A DNA stretch of 64,000 nucleotides from a virus (lineage: Duplodnaviria > Heunggongvirae > Uroviricota > Caudoviricetes), in IMG/VR virus record IMGVR_UViG_3300046000_008568, positions 30,501 to 94,500 of that record, one strand, 5' to 3'. The position numbers and the translations under genes were made by a program. The notes beneath the pieces were generated by a model. The model had not been told where the DNA came from, made no database searches, and worked only from the letters and a program-made list of their open reading frames with translations. Positions 10,701 through 19,631 of this stretch are shown here, piece after piece (the first letter of the stretch is position 1; each line of letters begins with the position of its first letter).

Positions 10701-11771
10701 ACAATTGCATCAGGAGGTATTTCTCATGCTGAAGGACTTAACACCTTAGCATTAGGATTAGGATCACATGCTGAAGGATGGGAAACAGTAACATCAGGTA
10801 CATATCAACACGTACAGGGTCAATATAACCTATCTTCATCCATACAATCTGCATTTATTCATGGGAATGGAACCTCAGATGCAGCTAGAAGCAATTTAAT
10901 CTTTGCATCAGGAAATACGGTTCAAGTAACAGGATCATTAAGAGTAACTCAAGGTATAACAGGTTCTTTATTTGGAACTGCTTCATGGGCGGTAAGTGCT
11001 TCTTGGGCACCAGCCACAACAACTGCAGCTACAGCTTCTTTTGTAACAGCTTCAAATGTATATGGACCTAACGGTTCAAATAGTATATTATCTGCTTCAT
11101 TTGCAATAAGTGCTTCAAATGCAGTTAATGTTTCAAGTATTGCAAATAATGTTTCAAACAACACAGACAATTACATTCTTACAGCAACAGGCGGTGGTGA
11201 TATAAACGGTGAATCTAATTTAACGTTTGATGGTAGTAGTCTGTTAGCAGAGACAGTAAGTGTTGTTGCTGGGAAGTTAAGTAGTTTAACTGCTGATTAC
11301 CAAATAATAGATGGAGTTAGTTCAATACTTACTAATCTTAATGATTGGGATGCAAATTATGCTACTGGTGAAATTCTAAGCGAAGAAATCTCAAATGTAA
11401 CATTGGCTGCAGGAGAAATTGTAGCAATGCAATCAAACAGGAAATGGTCATTAGCTGATGCATCATCTGCAGATGCTAAATCAACACATTTACTGGGTAT
11501 TACACTAACCTCTACTAGTGGTGCAGATGAAGCAATAAACGTACTACTAAATGGTTTTGTTTCTTCAGCAAATGTAAGCGACCCTGCCAATGTAGCAGAA
11601 GGTGCGCCACTATATCTATCAGTAAATGCAGGAAAAATAACTGAGAACCCACCAACAGGTACAGGAGAAGTGGTAAGAGTAATAGGCCATACATTTTGGA
11701 ATGAAACAAATCAACCAAACGGAGTTGTCATAATAAGATTTAACCCAGACAATACTTGGATAGAACTATAA
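7719..11771 (+). CDS. Tail fibre/adhesin with a long YadA/Hep-Hag-like beta-roll repeat
   Basis: 50 x 14-aa SHAEG repeats; S/A-rich stalk segments; located before neck genes. Confidence 0.8.
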   Translation: MPSWKKIITSGSDASLNTLTVINGITGSLFGTASWATNASKVTVSTNAEAVAFKVPFAATAVSTTGTYDLYQDSETTFTYNPSTNTLTVPNLSGTASFVVSASRAISSSFATSASQAITASYALNANSASFAISASYATNASSSLNAQDILIYVKNVTGAQIDKGKVVRISGATGDNALIATASYESDEVSANTLGITNQDIPNDSFGYIITEGTLIGINTNAFSAGQLLYLGATGSIIGTAPVAPLHAVRLGQVLRVQLNNGSMYVRIDNGYELGELHDVVDTTTTSSYGDLLVKSGSVWINSKQLTGSYGLTGSLAQGRDTTASAPYSHAEGNLTIAIGDYSHAEGYATTTIQSYSHAEGRYTTSSGLFSHAEGEFANSIGEYSHAEGGGTLAQGDGSHAEGGFTVAGGNYSHAEGNLTIASGEASHAEGQYTTSSGFWSHAEGYNTWASGSWSHAEGYNAWALGEYSHAEGVGAVASGETSHAEGDTTQALGQASHAEGGGTVAFGQKSHTEGGLTRAIGNYSHAEGYYTTSSGEFSHAEGSGSISSGDYSHAEGVNTIAIGDYSHAEGQNTLASGSYSHAEGYYTTSSGDHSHAEGQNTIASGFWSHAEGTFTISQGTYSHAEGESTVSSGVSSHAEGVATRSSGDNSHAEGYYTTASGVGSHAEGRNTLASGEYSHAEGNITRAIGDYSHAEGQNTHALGLASHAEGSSTSASGNWSHAEGGFAISSGEFSHAEGSTTLASGQYSHAEGYLTIALGNFSHAEGRNTRAVGLYSHAEGRFTTASGDFSHAEGYDTIASGDYSHAEGSGSTASGNFSHAEGRLTTAQGLHSHSEGNSSVAQGNWSHAEGDTTRAVGQYSHAEGDTTRAIGTNSHAEGFFTTSSGEGSHAEGDTTVALANYSHAEGRRTLASRVFSHAEGEFTLTLGTGSHAEGRLTTASGNYSHTEGDKTFAGGLYSHAEGRLTTASGDYAHAEGDNTQAQGNYSHTEGRNTIASGGISHAEGLNTLALGLGSHAEGWETVTSGTYQHVQGQYNLSSSIQSAFIHGNGTSDAARSNLIFASGNTVQVTGSLRVTQGITGSLFGTASWAVSASWAPATTTAATASFVTASNVYGPNGSNSILSASFAISASNAVNVSSIANNVSNNTDNYILTATGGGDINGESNLTFDGSSLLAETVSVVAGKLSSLTADYQIIDGVSSILTNLNDWDANYATGEILSEEISNVTLAAGEIVAMQSNRKWSLADASSADAKSTHLLGITLTSTSGADEAINVLLNGFVSSANVSDPANVAEGAPLYLSVNAGKITENPPTGTGEVVRVIGHTFWNETNQPNGVVIIRFNPDNTWIEL
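7794..7825 (+). repeat. 32-nt direct repeat, copy 1 (TGSLFGTASWA)
   Basis: acaggttctttatttggaaccgcttcatgggc. Confidence 0.9.
8679..10778 (+). repeat. 50 tandem 42-nt (14-aa) coding repeats, consensus xxTxAxGxxSHAEG
   Basis: First unit ends at 8720 and last at 10778; difference 2058 = 49 x 42, so no net indels. Confidence 0.95.
10959..10990 (+). repeat. 32-nt direct repeat, copy 2
   Basis: acaggttctttatttggaactgcttcatgggc; 1 mismatch to copy 1; 3165 nt apart (in frame). Confidence 0.9.
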
Positions 11772-11782
11772 AATAAAAAAAA

Positions 11783-12106
11783 ATGACAACAACTTGGCAA
11801 ATCTTTGATACAACATATCAAACAGCAGATGGATTAATTATAGCAGTACACTACGGGTGCACAGTGCAATTGGAAAACTATATTGATAGGACAATTGGGT
11901 ATTTAGAATTAACAGGAGATCCTTCTGTAGAGGGATTTATACCTTATTCTGAATTAACACATGAAAATGTGTTAGGATGGATTAAATCTTCTTTAGGAGA
12001 AGAAGAAGTAACTACCATAGAAAATACTCTTCAAGATAATGTTGCCGCTCAAAAAGTAGCAAAAGACTCTCAAACAATAAAACAAGGTCTTCCCTGGAGA
12101 AAATAA
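11783..12106 (+). CDS. Small fibre-associated protein (putative fibre assembly chaperone)
   Basis: 107 aa directly after the fibre gene; FIPYSELT..VLGW pattern. Confidence 0.45.
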   Translation: MTTTWQIFDTTYQTADGLIIAVHYGCTVQLENYIDRTIGYLELTGDPSVEGFIPYSELTHENVLGWIKSSLGEEEVTTIENTLQDNVAAQKVAKDSQTIKQGLPWRK

Positions 12107-12113
12107 TATTTAT
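12106..12113 (+). promoter_or_regulatory. ATATTTAT putative late-promoter motif
   Basis: Recurrent intergenic octamer before structural genes. Confidence 0.45.
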
Positions 12114-12127
12114 ACTAAAACACAAAA

Positions 12128-13300
12128 ATGGCTGATATTCCTGTATATGATGGTACCTCTCAATTTTTCCCAGGCGATACGCCTTTTGGATTCTATGATT
12201 ACCAATATGATTTTCAAACCGATGCAGATAGCGTTGTAGTATTTGTTACTAGACGTTTAGGATGGCCTATTGAGGTGGTTGAACTTCAACCTATTCAAAT
12301 TTATACTGCTTTTGAAGAAGCTGTAACTGTATATGGAAATGAAGTATATCAATTCCAAGTACAGGAAAATATGCTTTCAATGGAAGGAAATTCAACAGGT
12401 TCGGGTCCATTTAATCAATTGTTAATGACACCTTCATTAGGAGGTGCTGTTAGAATAGCAGAAAACTATGGAACTGAAGCCGGAGTAGGAGGTAATGTCA
12501 CTTATTATAGTGGAGCCCTACAAACAATACCCTATATTCAATCATACGACATGAATTTATGGGCACAACAATCTGCTTCTATAGGACCAAATGATTATAT
12601 TGAAATTAAACGAGTATTTTTTGAAGCACCACCTGCTGCAGTAAGATATTTTGATCCTTACGTTGGTATTGGATATAGTTATGAAGGTTTATTAAACAGC
12701 TTTGGATTTGGAGCATATTCGCCTGCTATTACATTTTTATTAATGCCTTTATTCTTTGATTTACAAAGAATCCAAGCAATTAAATTAAATGACCAGATTA
12801 GAAGAGCACAATTTTCATTCGAAATACAAAACAATCAATTAAAACTCTTCCCAGTACCACCAGCAAAATATAATGTTTGGATAGAATACGTTAAAGGGTC
12901 TGAAAGAGATAGCGTAGTTGGTGGAAGAAATGCGAGTGGTTCTGCGGCAACTAATTTGATTACTAATCCTTCTAATGTACCTTACATTAATCCTAATTAC
13001 AATTACATTAATTCTATAGGTAGAATGTGGATTTACCAATATACTTTAGCATTATGTAGAGAAATTTTAGGATATGTTAGAGGAAAATATAGCACTGTGC
13101 CTATTCCTGGTTCAGAAGTAACATTAAATCAACAAGATTTATTAACTGATGCTAGGTCAACTAAAGAAGCACTATTAACTCAATTAAGAGATATGCTAGA
13201 AAAAACAGGACGTCAAGCTCAATTAGAAAAATTAGCAGCTAACTCTGACAACTTAAATAAAACATTAAACGACGTTCCAATGGGACTTTATATATTTTAA
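12128..13300 (+). CDS. Neck protein (T4 gp13-like head-tail adaptor)
   Basis: RRLGWPIEVVEL start, LCREILGYVRGKYSTVPIPGSEVTLN near the end; position upstream of sheath. Confidence 0.65.
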   Translation: MADIPVYDGTSQFFPGDTPFGFYDYQYDFQTDADSVVVFVTRRLGWPIEVVELQPIQIYTAFEEAVTVYGNEVYQFQVQENMLSMEGNSTGSGPFNQLLMTPSLGGAVRIAENYGTEAGVGGNVTYYSGALQTIPYIQSYDMNLWAQQSASIGPNDYIEIKRVFFEAPPAAVRYFDPYVGIGYSYEGLLNSFGFGAYSPAITFLLMPLFFDLQRIQAIKLNDQIRRAQFSFEIQNNQLKLFPVPPAKYNVWIEYVKGSERDSVVGGRNASGSAATNLITNPSNVPYINPNYNYINSIGRMWIYQYTLALCREILGYVRGKYSTVPIPGSEVTLNQQDLLTDARSTKEALLTQLRDMLEKTGRQAQLEKLAANSDNLNKTLNDVPMGLYIF

Positions 13301-13301
13301 T

Positions 13302-13634
13302 ATGGGATACTTAGAACAATTATTAACCGAAGGAGCATTTGAAACCTATTTCGTTCAAATCATTTTAAAAATGAAGAATGAGGTTAACTTTACTGAAATA
13401 TATAACCAAATTCGTGGTATTAAGAATGTTATTGTTGTTAAAGTAATTGATAATGATCAACTCCAAGCAGCTTCATCTGATTTGTATAATTATTCTCTGT
13501 TAGAAATGAAATATATTTCTCAAGGAAATTCTATTGAAACCATAAAGGGTATCAAATCTGAAGCACTAAAAATCCCAGGATTAGTAAAATTTGAGGTTAG
13601 AACAAAAACAATATTAAAAATTAGAAATTACTAA
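13302..13634 (+). CDS. Hypothetical protein
   Basis: 110-aa ORF tightly packed in the neck operon. Confidence 0.6.
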   Translation: MGYLEQLLTEGAFETYFVQIILKMKNEVNFTEIYNQIRGIKNVIVVKVIDNDQLQAASSDLYNYSLLEMKYISQGNSIETIKGIKSEALKIPGLVKFEVRTKTILKIRNY

Positions 13635-13636
13635 TT

Positions 13637-14137
13637 ATGGCTTTATATGGTAGTTCTCGAGATATATCTTTTTTCCATGTTATCAATGCTGAGTTGTTAC
13701 ACAACATTATTGAACAAAACGTGGGATACTATCAAATATCCTTAGATGAAACAACAACTAACGTTTATGGTGAAGCTGAAGGTGGAACCAAAATGTATTT
13801 TCCTCCTGTATTAATAGTTTGTTTGATTGATAGAGGAGATTATGAAGGAGATTATGATAATCAAATAGGACCTGATTTTACTAGAAATTTTAAATTTAGA
13901 TTTTTACGTAAAGACTTAGTACTACAAAACATTATACCTCAAATCGGAGATATTGTATTATGGAATAATGATTATTACGAAATAAATTTAGTTAATGAAA
14001 ATCAAGATATAGTTGGTAAAGTACCTGAATATAATTACAATGGTGCTTATTTAGATAATTTTGGAGCAAGTTTTTCCATCATTGTTAATGCTCATTACGT
14101 ATCACCAGAATCATTAGGATTAACCCAATCTAGATAA
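13637..14137 (+). CDS. Neck/head-closure protein (T4 gp14-like)
   Basis: NVYGEA, PQIGDIVLWNNDYYEI patterns; synteny. Confidence 0.55.
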   Translation: MALYGSSRDISFFHVINAELLHNIIEQNVGYYQISLDETTTNVYGEAEGGTKMYFPPVLIVCLIDRGDYEGDYDNQIGPDFTRNFKFRFLRKDLVLQNIIPQIGDIVLWNNDYYEINLVNENQDIVGKVPEYNYNGAYLDNFGASFSIIVNAHYVSPESLGLTQSR

Positions 14138-15915
14138 TGTCAAGACAACTCCCAATATTACCAAATACACCAGCTAGACGAGTAAATGAGCAGATTGAAC
14201 CTTATATTTCACCTGCTGATGTGCCTACTTTACCTGAAGATAGAATAACTCGTGCAAACCAAATATCTGTTGATATTGAAAATGACATCACACCACTTTC
14301 AATTGGTTTACAAGATATTGATGAGGCTGTATTTTTTTACTTTAACAATATTATTAAACCTGTAGTAGTACAAAATGGAAACCAAATATCTGTACCTGTT
14401 GCTTATGCGTCCGCTGAAAGATGGGTATCAGTCCAAAAAGATGGATATTTTAGAGATAAAAATGGGAAAGCAATGTACCCATATATTATTGTAAGAAGAA
14501 CAGGGTTTGAAAAAAATAGAACATTAGCAAATAAATTAGATGGTAATAATGTAAATAATTTTGCTGTTGCTCAAGGACGATATAATTCAAAAAATCAATA
14601 TACTAATTTTGATATTTTAAATAATTACTTACCATCCGAAAAATTCTACCTAACCCCTGTACCAGATTACATCAATGTAACGTATGATTGTGTTATTATT
14701 ACTAATTTTATACAGGAAAATAATAAAATAGTTGAAGCTATTGAATTTGCTTCAGATTCATATTGGGGTAATAAAAATCGTTATCAATTTAGAACATATA
14801 TTGATAGATTTGATTCTACTAATGAATATGGTATTAGTGATCAACGTGTAGCTAAAACAAATTTAAGTATAACATTGTACGGGTATATTATACCTGAAAC
14901 AATCAATAGGGATTTAGCCACTAATGGGCAACGCCAATTTTTTTCTAAATCAGTTGTTTCTATTACTGGAGAAACCGTAGTAAATGCTAATGGACCTGTA
15001 GGAGCATCGGCTAATCCGGGAACTGGTAGACCACTACCAAGCCCAACCCCTAGCCCATCAATTACCCCAAGCATATCAGCTACACCGGGCCTAACACCAA
15101 GTATATCAGCCACACCAAGTGTAACACCATCTATATCAGTTACACCAAGTATAACACCAAGCATAACAATTACACCAAGCATAAGCATAACACCATCTAT
15201 TACACCATCTATTACACCATCATCAGCACCAGTTTATGGAGGTAGTATAGATTTTGGTAATGAATATGGTAGATATGCTATTACTGATGTAGCTAGTACA
15301 GATTATTCATTAGGATATAATGATTTTACAATTGAGTGGTTTCAAAAATTAAGCACATTCAGTTCAGCTAACGGAGCAATAATTCCCTTCTCTATTTATA
15401 ATTCAAATACAGATTATTTACACTTTAGTATGGCTGATTATAACTCTAATATATTATTTAATTTAACATTAGTTGTAAGTTACTCTGGAATTGGTTATTC
15501 ATTTGTTACTTCTGTACCAACAACAACATTACTAGATTGGACTCATATAGCTATATCTAGAACATCAACAACATTTAATATATATGTTAATGGTGTTTTA
15601 TCAAATCCTGGAAATAGTATAGGAAGTGTAGATTTCGCTCCACTATTATCTAAATTATCTCTTGGAAATATCGGAGAATATTTCCCATTAAGCTATAGAT
15701 TCCCAGGAAAAATAACTAACTTTAATTTTGTTAATGGGACCGCATTATATACTGCTGACTTTACTCCACCAACATCACCAATAACACCATCAACTAATAC
15801 TAAATTATTATTATTAGCTACGGACAATGCTGGGTTATTGACGGATTCAAGTGGACTAAATATAACTGTAAATAATATTAGTGGATTAACTTGGAGTTCT
15901 GATAATCCTTTCTAA
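14137..15915 (+). CDS. Tail terminator/sheath stabiliser (gp15-like) fused via a PST linker to a LamG/ConA-like domain
   Basis: VPVAYASAERW, PDYINVTYD, N..VE pattern; TPSI repeats ~15030-15225; DFTIEWF..WTHIAISR..IYVNG. Confidence 0.65.
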   Translation: MSRQLPILPNTPARRVNEQIEPYISPADVPTLPEDRITRANQISVDIENDITPLSIGLQDIDEAVFFYFNNIIKPVVVQNGNQISVPVAYASAERWVSVQKDGYFRDKNGKAMYPYIIVRRTGFEKNRTLANKLDGNNVNNFAVAQGRYNSKNQYTNFDILNNYLPSEKFYLTPVPDYINVTYDCVIITNFIQENNKIVEAIEFASDSYWGNKNRYQFRTYIDRFDSTNEYGISDQRVAKTNLSITLYGYIIPETINRDLATNGQRQFFSKSVVSITGETVVNANGPVGASANPGTGRPLPSPTPSPSITPSISATPGLTPSISATPSVTPSISVTPSITPSITITPSISITPSITPSITPSSAPVYGGSIDFGNEYGRYAITDVASTDYSLGYNDFTIEWFQKLSTFSSANGAIIPFSIYNSNTDYLHFSMADYNSNILFNLTLVVSYSGIGYSFVTSVPTTTLLDWTHIAISRTSTTFNIYVNGVLSNPGNSIGSVDFAPLLSKLSLGNIGEYFPLSYRFPGKITNFNFVNGTALYTADFTPPTSPITPSTNTKLLLLATDNAGLLTDSSGLNITVNNISGLTWSSDNPF

Positions 15916-15973
15916 AAACATTTGGATATCTCAAATATATTTATTATAATGAAACATAACTAATAAATGAATA

Positions 15974-16216
15974 ATGTTTAAAAAATTTAAAGAAATATCA
16001 TCAGCTTGGATAACAGCAGCTAACCCAACACCAGAAGAAAAAAAATTAGCAGAAAATAGAGCTGCTATATGTAATGGGTGTGAGTTTCGTAAAAAAAATA
16101 CAGCAGTAATAGATTTTTACTACTGTAGTTTATGTGGGTGTCCACTAGACAAAAAAATATTCTCACCAATAGATTTAAAAACAAACCCTTGCCCAGAAAA
16201 CAAATGGGATAAATAA
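15974..16216 (+). CDS. Small Cys-rich (metal-binding) protein
   Basis: CxxC...CxxCxC...CPxxKW. Confidence 0.65.
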   Translation: MFKKFKEISSAWITAANPTPEEKKLAENRAAICNGCEFRKKNTAVIDFYYCSLCGCPLDKKIFSPIDLKTNPCPENKWDK

Positions 16217-16239
16217 ATAATTAATTAAAAACCAACGTT

Positions 16240-16533
16240 ATGTTAAAAGGAAACGCAGAAACACAAACACAATCATTAGATCAATTAACAGTAGAAGAAT
16301 TAGCAGAATTTAAAAGTGTCCATGAAGGATATCAAAAAGCATTATTTGATTTAGGAATAGTAGTTCTTAATCTTGAAGAAGCTAAGAAAAAAATAGACGA
16401 ATTAAATGGAAATAGAATCGATTTAATCAACTATATTCAAGAAATTAATGAAAAACGTCTAGTATTAACCGCTAAATTAGGCGAAAAATATGGAGATAGA
16501 CAAGTTGATCTAGAAACAGGTGAACTTAAATAA
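16240..16533 (+). CDS. Hypothetical coiled-coil protein
   Basis: 97 aa, E/K/L-rich, GTTATG start context. Confidence 0.6.
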   Translation: MLKGNAETQTQSLDQLTVEELAEFKSVHEGYQKALFDLGIVVLNLEEAKKKIDELNGNRIDLINYIQEINEKRLVLTAKLGEKYGDRQVDLETGELK

Positions 16534-16562
16534 ACCTATTTTAGGTTTGTAAGGGTTTTAGA

Positions 16563-16570
16563 ATATTTAT
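16563..16570 (+). promoter_or_regulatory. ATATTTAT putative late-promoter motif
   Basis: Upstream of sheath gene. Confidence 0.45.
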
Positions 16571-16611
16571 CATTAGAACAACCCTAATACAATTTAAAAT
16601 AACAACATAAA

Positions 16612-18750
16612 ATGGCAGAAGCAATTATCTCTCCTGGTGTATACACCAATGAAAACGACCAGAGCGCAGTAACACAAGGCCCTATTGAAGCTGGTGCAGC
16701 TATCATTGGACCAACGGTTAACGGTATTCCTTATGTTCCAACATTAGTCACTTCATATAGTGAGTATATTGCGAAATTTGGAACTACTTTTAGCAATGGA
16801 GCAAGTGGCTCTATGGAATATTTTACCTCATTAACAGCTAAAAATTATTTCGATAATGGAGGTACAACTCTATTAGTAACAAGAATCACACACCAAGGAA
16901 CAGGCTCAGCATTAGAATCATTCTCGTCTGCAAGTATTCCTTTAGTAGGATTAAATGCAACCTCTTCTATGAGTGTAGCAGGGCTTCACGTAAATGACCC
17001 AGGTAATAACACTATATTCTTCTTATTAACAGGTTCGGCTGCGGGTACATCAACAACTGCATCGTATGGTAAATTTGTTATGACAGGTAGTAGCACTTTA
17101 GTAGATGCTGCTCCAATATATTTTGTTACAACAGGATCAACAGCTACAGCTACAGCAACTAATATTACTGATAAAATTAATTCATTACAATCTACATTTA
17201 GAATTGCTGCAACGTCATCTATAACTGATTTAGCAGTAACAGCTAGTGTATATGAAAATGAATCATTAGGAAATTCATTTAGAATATTGTCATCAAGTAT
17301 TACTAACAACTTTGCTGGTGGTTTAACAGGAACCCAATGTTTTGAAGTTGAAACATTAGCTTGGGGTGCTCAAATGAACAACTCAGGTTCAATATTATCT
17401 TCAGGAGCTTTAGTAAGCGGTAGCGCTACTAATGTTCGTTGGCAGGTTCAAAACGTAAATACTACACAAGGTACATTTACCTTAGTTGTAAGAAGCGGTA
17501 ACGATAACGATGCTCAACCAAACGTTCTTGAAACATGGACTAACTTATCATTAGATGTTGACCAACCAAATTACATAGCTAGAGTAATAGGTAATACAAA
17601 ACCAGTTTATACTTATTCTGTAACAGACGGTCAAGGATACATTGATTATAGTGGAGATTTTCCAAATGCATCAAGATACATCAGAATTGCAACAGTAACA
17701 CAAGCTCAATTTGGTACATTCGATAATAACGGATTATACCAATCAGCACTATTTAGTGGAAGTCTACCAGCAAATGGAGATGGAGGCTTAGCAGGTGCAT
17801 TTAATGGTGGATTAATAGATACTACATTACCAAGATTCATGTATGAAAATATTATTTCAGGTGTAACAAATGCTCAAGGATTTACAACAGAAGATTACTT
17901 CCCAGCAATTAATTTACTAAATAACTCAGACGAATATATATTTAACATATTAATGACTCCTGGTTTATTCTTAGCCGGTGGAAATTCAAATATTAATATT
18001 GGTGCTAACGGCGCTGATCCAATAGCTTTATGTGAAGGAAGAGCAGATGCTTTAGCAGTAATTGACCCTGTTCCTTATGGTGGTACAGTTACAAGTGCTA
18101 AAACAGCAGCAAATGCTTCAAATTCTAGCTATGGTGCTACATACTGGCCATGGTGCCAAATATTCAGCTCCGCAATGGGTAGATTAGTATGGGTTCCAGC
18201 TTCAGTATTAATGGGTGGTGTATTTGCCTTTACAGATCAAGTAGCAGCTCCATGGTTTGCTCCAGCAGGTATTACTAGAGGTGGTATTCCAAATGTAGTA
18301 AAAGTTGAAAGAAAATTATCATTAAGCGATAGAAACAATTTATATTTAGATAATGTAAACCCATTAGCTACATTCCCTGGAAATGGTGTTGTAGTATTTG
18401 GACAGAAAACATTACAACAAAAAGCAACTGCTTTAGATAGAGTAAATGTTAGAAGATTATTAATTGCCTTAAAAGGATATATTAGTGGTGTATCTCGTTC
18501 ATTAGTATTTGAACAAAATACAGCGGTTACAAGAAACAAATTCTTAAACCAAGTAAACCCATACTTAGACTCAGTAGTACAAAGACAAGGTTTATACGCG
18601 TTTAAAGTAATTATGGATGAATCAAATAACACACCAAGTGTTGTAGATAGAAACCAATTAGTAGGTCAAATTTACATCCAACCAACTAAAACTGCTGAAT
18701 TCGTAATATTAGATTTCACAATTTTACCAACTGGTGTATCATTCCCATAA
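16612..18750 (+). CDS. Contractile tail sheath protein (gp18-like)
   Basis: SPGVYTNE, WFAPAGITRG, FGQKTLQ, RVNVRRLL, IYIQPTKTAEF. Confidence 0.92.
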   Translation: MAEAIISPGVYTNENDQSAVTQGPIEAGAAIIGPTVNGIPYVPTLVTSYSEYIAKFGTTFSNGASGSMEYFTSLTAKNYFDNGGTTLLVTRITHQGTGSALESFSSASIPLVGLNATSSMSVAGLHVNDPGNNTIFFLLTGSAAGTSTTASYGKFVMTGSSTLVDAAPIYFVTTGSTATATATNITDKINSLQSTFRIAATSSITDLAVTASVYENESLGNSFRILSSSITNNFAGGLTGTQCFEVETLAWGAQMNNSGSILSSGALVSGSATNVRWQVQNVNTTQGTFTLVVRSGNDNDAQPNVLETWTNLSLDVDQPNYIARVIGNTKPVYTYSVTDGQGYIDYSGDFPNASRYIRIATVTQAQFGTFDNNGLYQSALFSGSLPANGDGGLAGAFNGGLIDTTLPRFMYENIISGVTNAQGFTTEDYFPAINLLNNSDEYIFNILMTPGLFLAGGNSNINIGANGADPIALCEGRADALAVIDPVPYGGTVTSAKTAANASNSSYGATYWPWCQIFSSAMGRLVWVPASVLMGGVFAFTDQVAAPWFAPAGITRGGIPNVVKVERKLSLSDRNNLYLDNVNPLATFPGNGVVVFGQKTLQQKATALDRVNVRRLLIALKGYISGVSRSLVFEQNTAVTRNKFLNQVNPYLDSVVQRQGLYAFKVIMDESNNTPSVVDRNQLVGQIYIQPTKTAEFVILDFTILPTGVSFP

Positions 18751-18756
18751 GAAGTA

Positions 18757-18764
18757 ATATTTAT
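18757..18764 (+). promoter_or_regulatory. ATATTTAT putative late-promoter motif
   Basis: Between sheath and tube genes. Confidence 0.45.
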
Positions 18765-18792
18765 AATAAACAATTAATAAATACAACATAAC

Positions 18793-19284
18793 ATGCCTAT
18801 ATTAAACGCAAACGAAATTATGTTTACTCAATATGAACCTAAAGTACCAAATAGGTTTATAATGTATGTAAATGGTATTCCATCATATATCATTAAAGGT
18901 GTTAGTGCCGTAAATTTCGATGATGGAGAAATTATACTAGATCACATCAACACCTATAGAAAAATCCGTAGTGGAAAAAGACTATGGGGTGATATGACAT
19001 TCACATTATTTGATCCAATTGCTCCATCAGGTGCTCAAGTAGTAATGGAATGGGCTCGTTTAGCATATGAATCAATCACTGGTAGAGCTGGTTACTCAGA
19101 TTTCTATAAAAAAGACATTACATTTAATGTTTTAGGTCCAGTTGGTGATGTAGTATCAGAATGGGTTGTTAAAGGTGCTTTTATCAAAACAGCAAACTTT
19201 GACGATTACGATTGGTCGACATATACAGAAGCAGTTAATCTTACTATGACAATTGGTATGGATTATTGCATCTTAAATTACTAA
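18793..19284 (+). CDS. Tail tube protein (gp19-like)
   Basis: EPKVPNRF, LDHIN, W..GAF..ANF; follows sheath. Confidence 0.88.
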   Translation: MPILNANEIMFTQYEPKVPNRFIMYVNGIPSYIIKGVSAVNFDDGEIILDHINTYRKIRSGKRLWGDMTFTLFDPIAPSGAQVVMEWARLAYESITGRAGYSDFYKKDITFNVLGPVGDVVSEWVVKGAFIKTANFDDYDWSTYTEAVNLTMTIGMDYCILNY

Positions 19285-19285
19285 C

Positions 19286-19546
19286 ATGAATCAAATTCTT
19301 AAACAACTAATTCAAGAATGTATTTCTGAAGCACTTGACGGAAACGTAGGTTCTGACGGAAATGTAGATCAACATAGAAATAGTGTTGATAACATGCAAC
19401 GTGGTTTTGCCTATATGCTTGGTGAATTAGATGTATTAAAAGATTATAGTAAATTAACAGATAGAGAGAAATCTGAGTTTGTCTCAGGAATAAAAGGGTA
19501 TATAGATCGCTATTTCTCAGATAGAACAGATGCTCCTAGAAATTAA
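19286..19546 (+). CDS. Hypothetical protein
   Basis: 86-aa ORF abutting the tube gene. Confidence 0.55.
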   Translation: MNQILKQLIQECISEALDGNVGSDGNVDQHRNSVDNMQRGFAYMLGELDVLKDYSKLTDREKSEFVSGIKGYIDRYFSDRTDAPRN

Positions 19547-19551
19547 ATAAA

Positions 19552-19580
19552 AAACCCGATAGAAATATCGGGTTTCTTTT
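19552..19580 (+). terminator. Rho-independent terminator
   Basis: AAACCCGATA-GAAA-TATCGGGTTT followed by CTTTT. Confidence 0.85.
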
Positions 19581-19600
19581 ACAAAAAACATAGTTTCATT

Positions 19601-19608
19601 ATATTTAT
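19601..19608 (+). promoter_or_regulatory. ATATTTAT putative late-promoter motif
   Basis: Directly after a terminator, before the chaperone gene. Confidence 0.45.
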
Positions 19609-19631
19609 ATATATAAAATTAAAATAAGTTT

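Noticed and set aside
8679-10778. CRISPR array or DGR variable/template repeat
   Set aside because: The repeat is an in-frame coding unit with no spacer structure; variation is not adenine-restricted and no reverse transcriptase or cas gene is in the window
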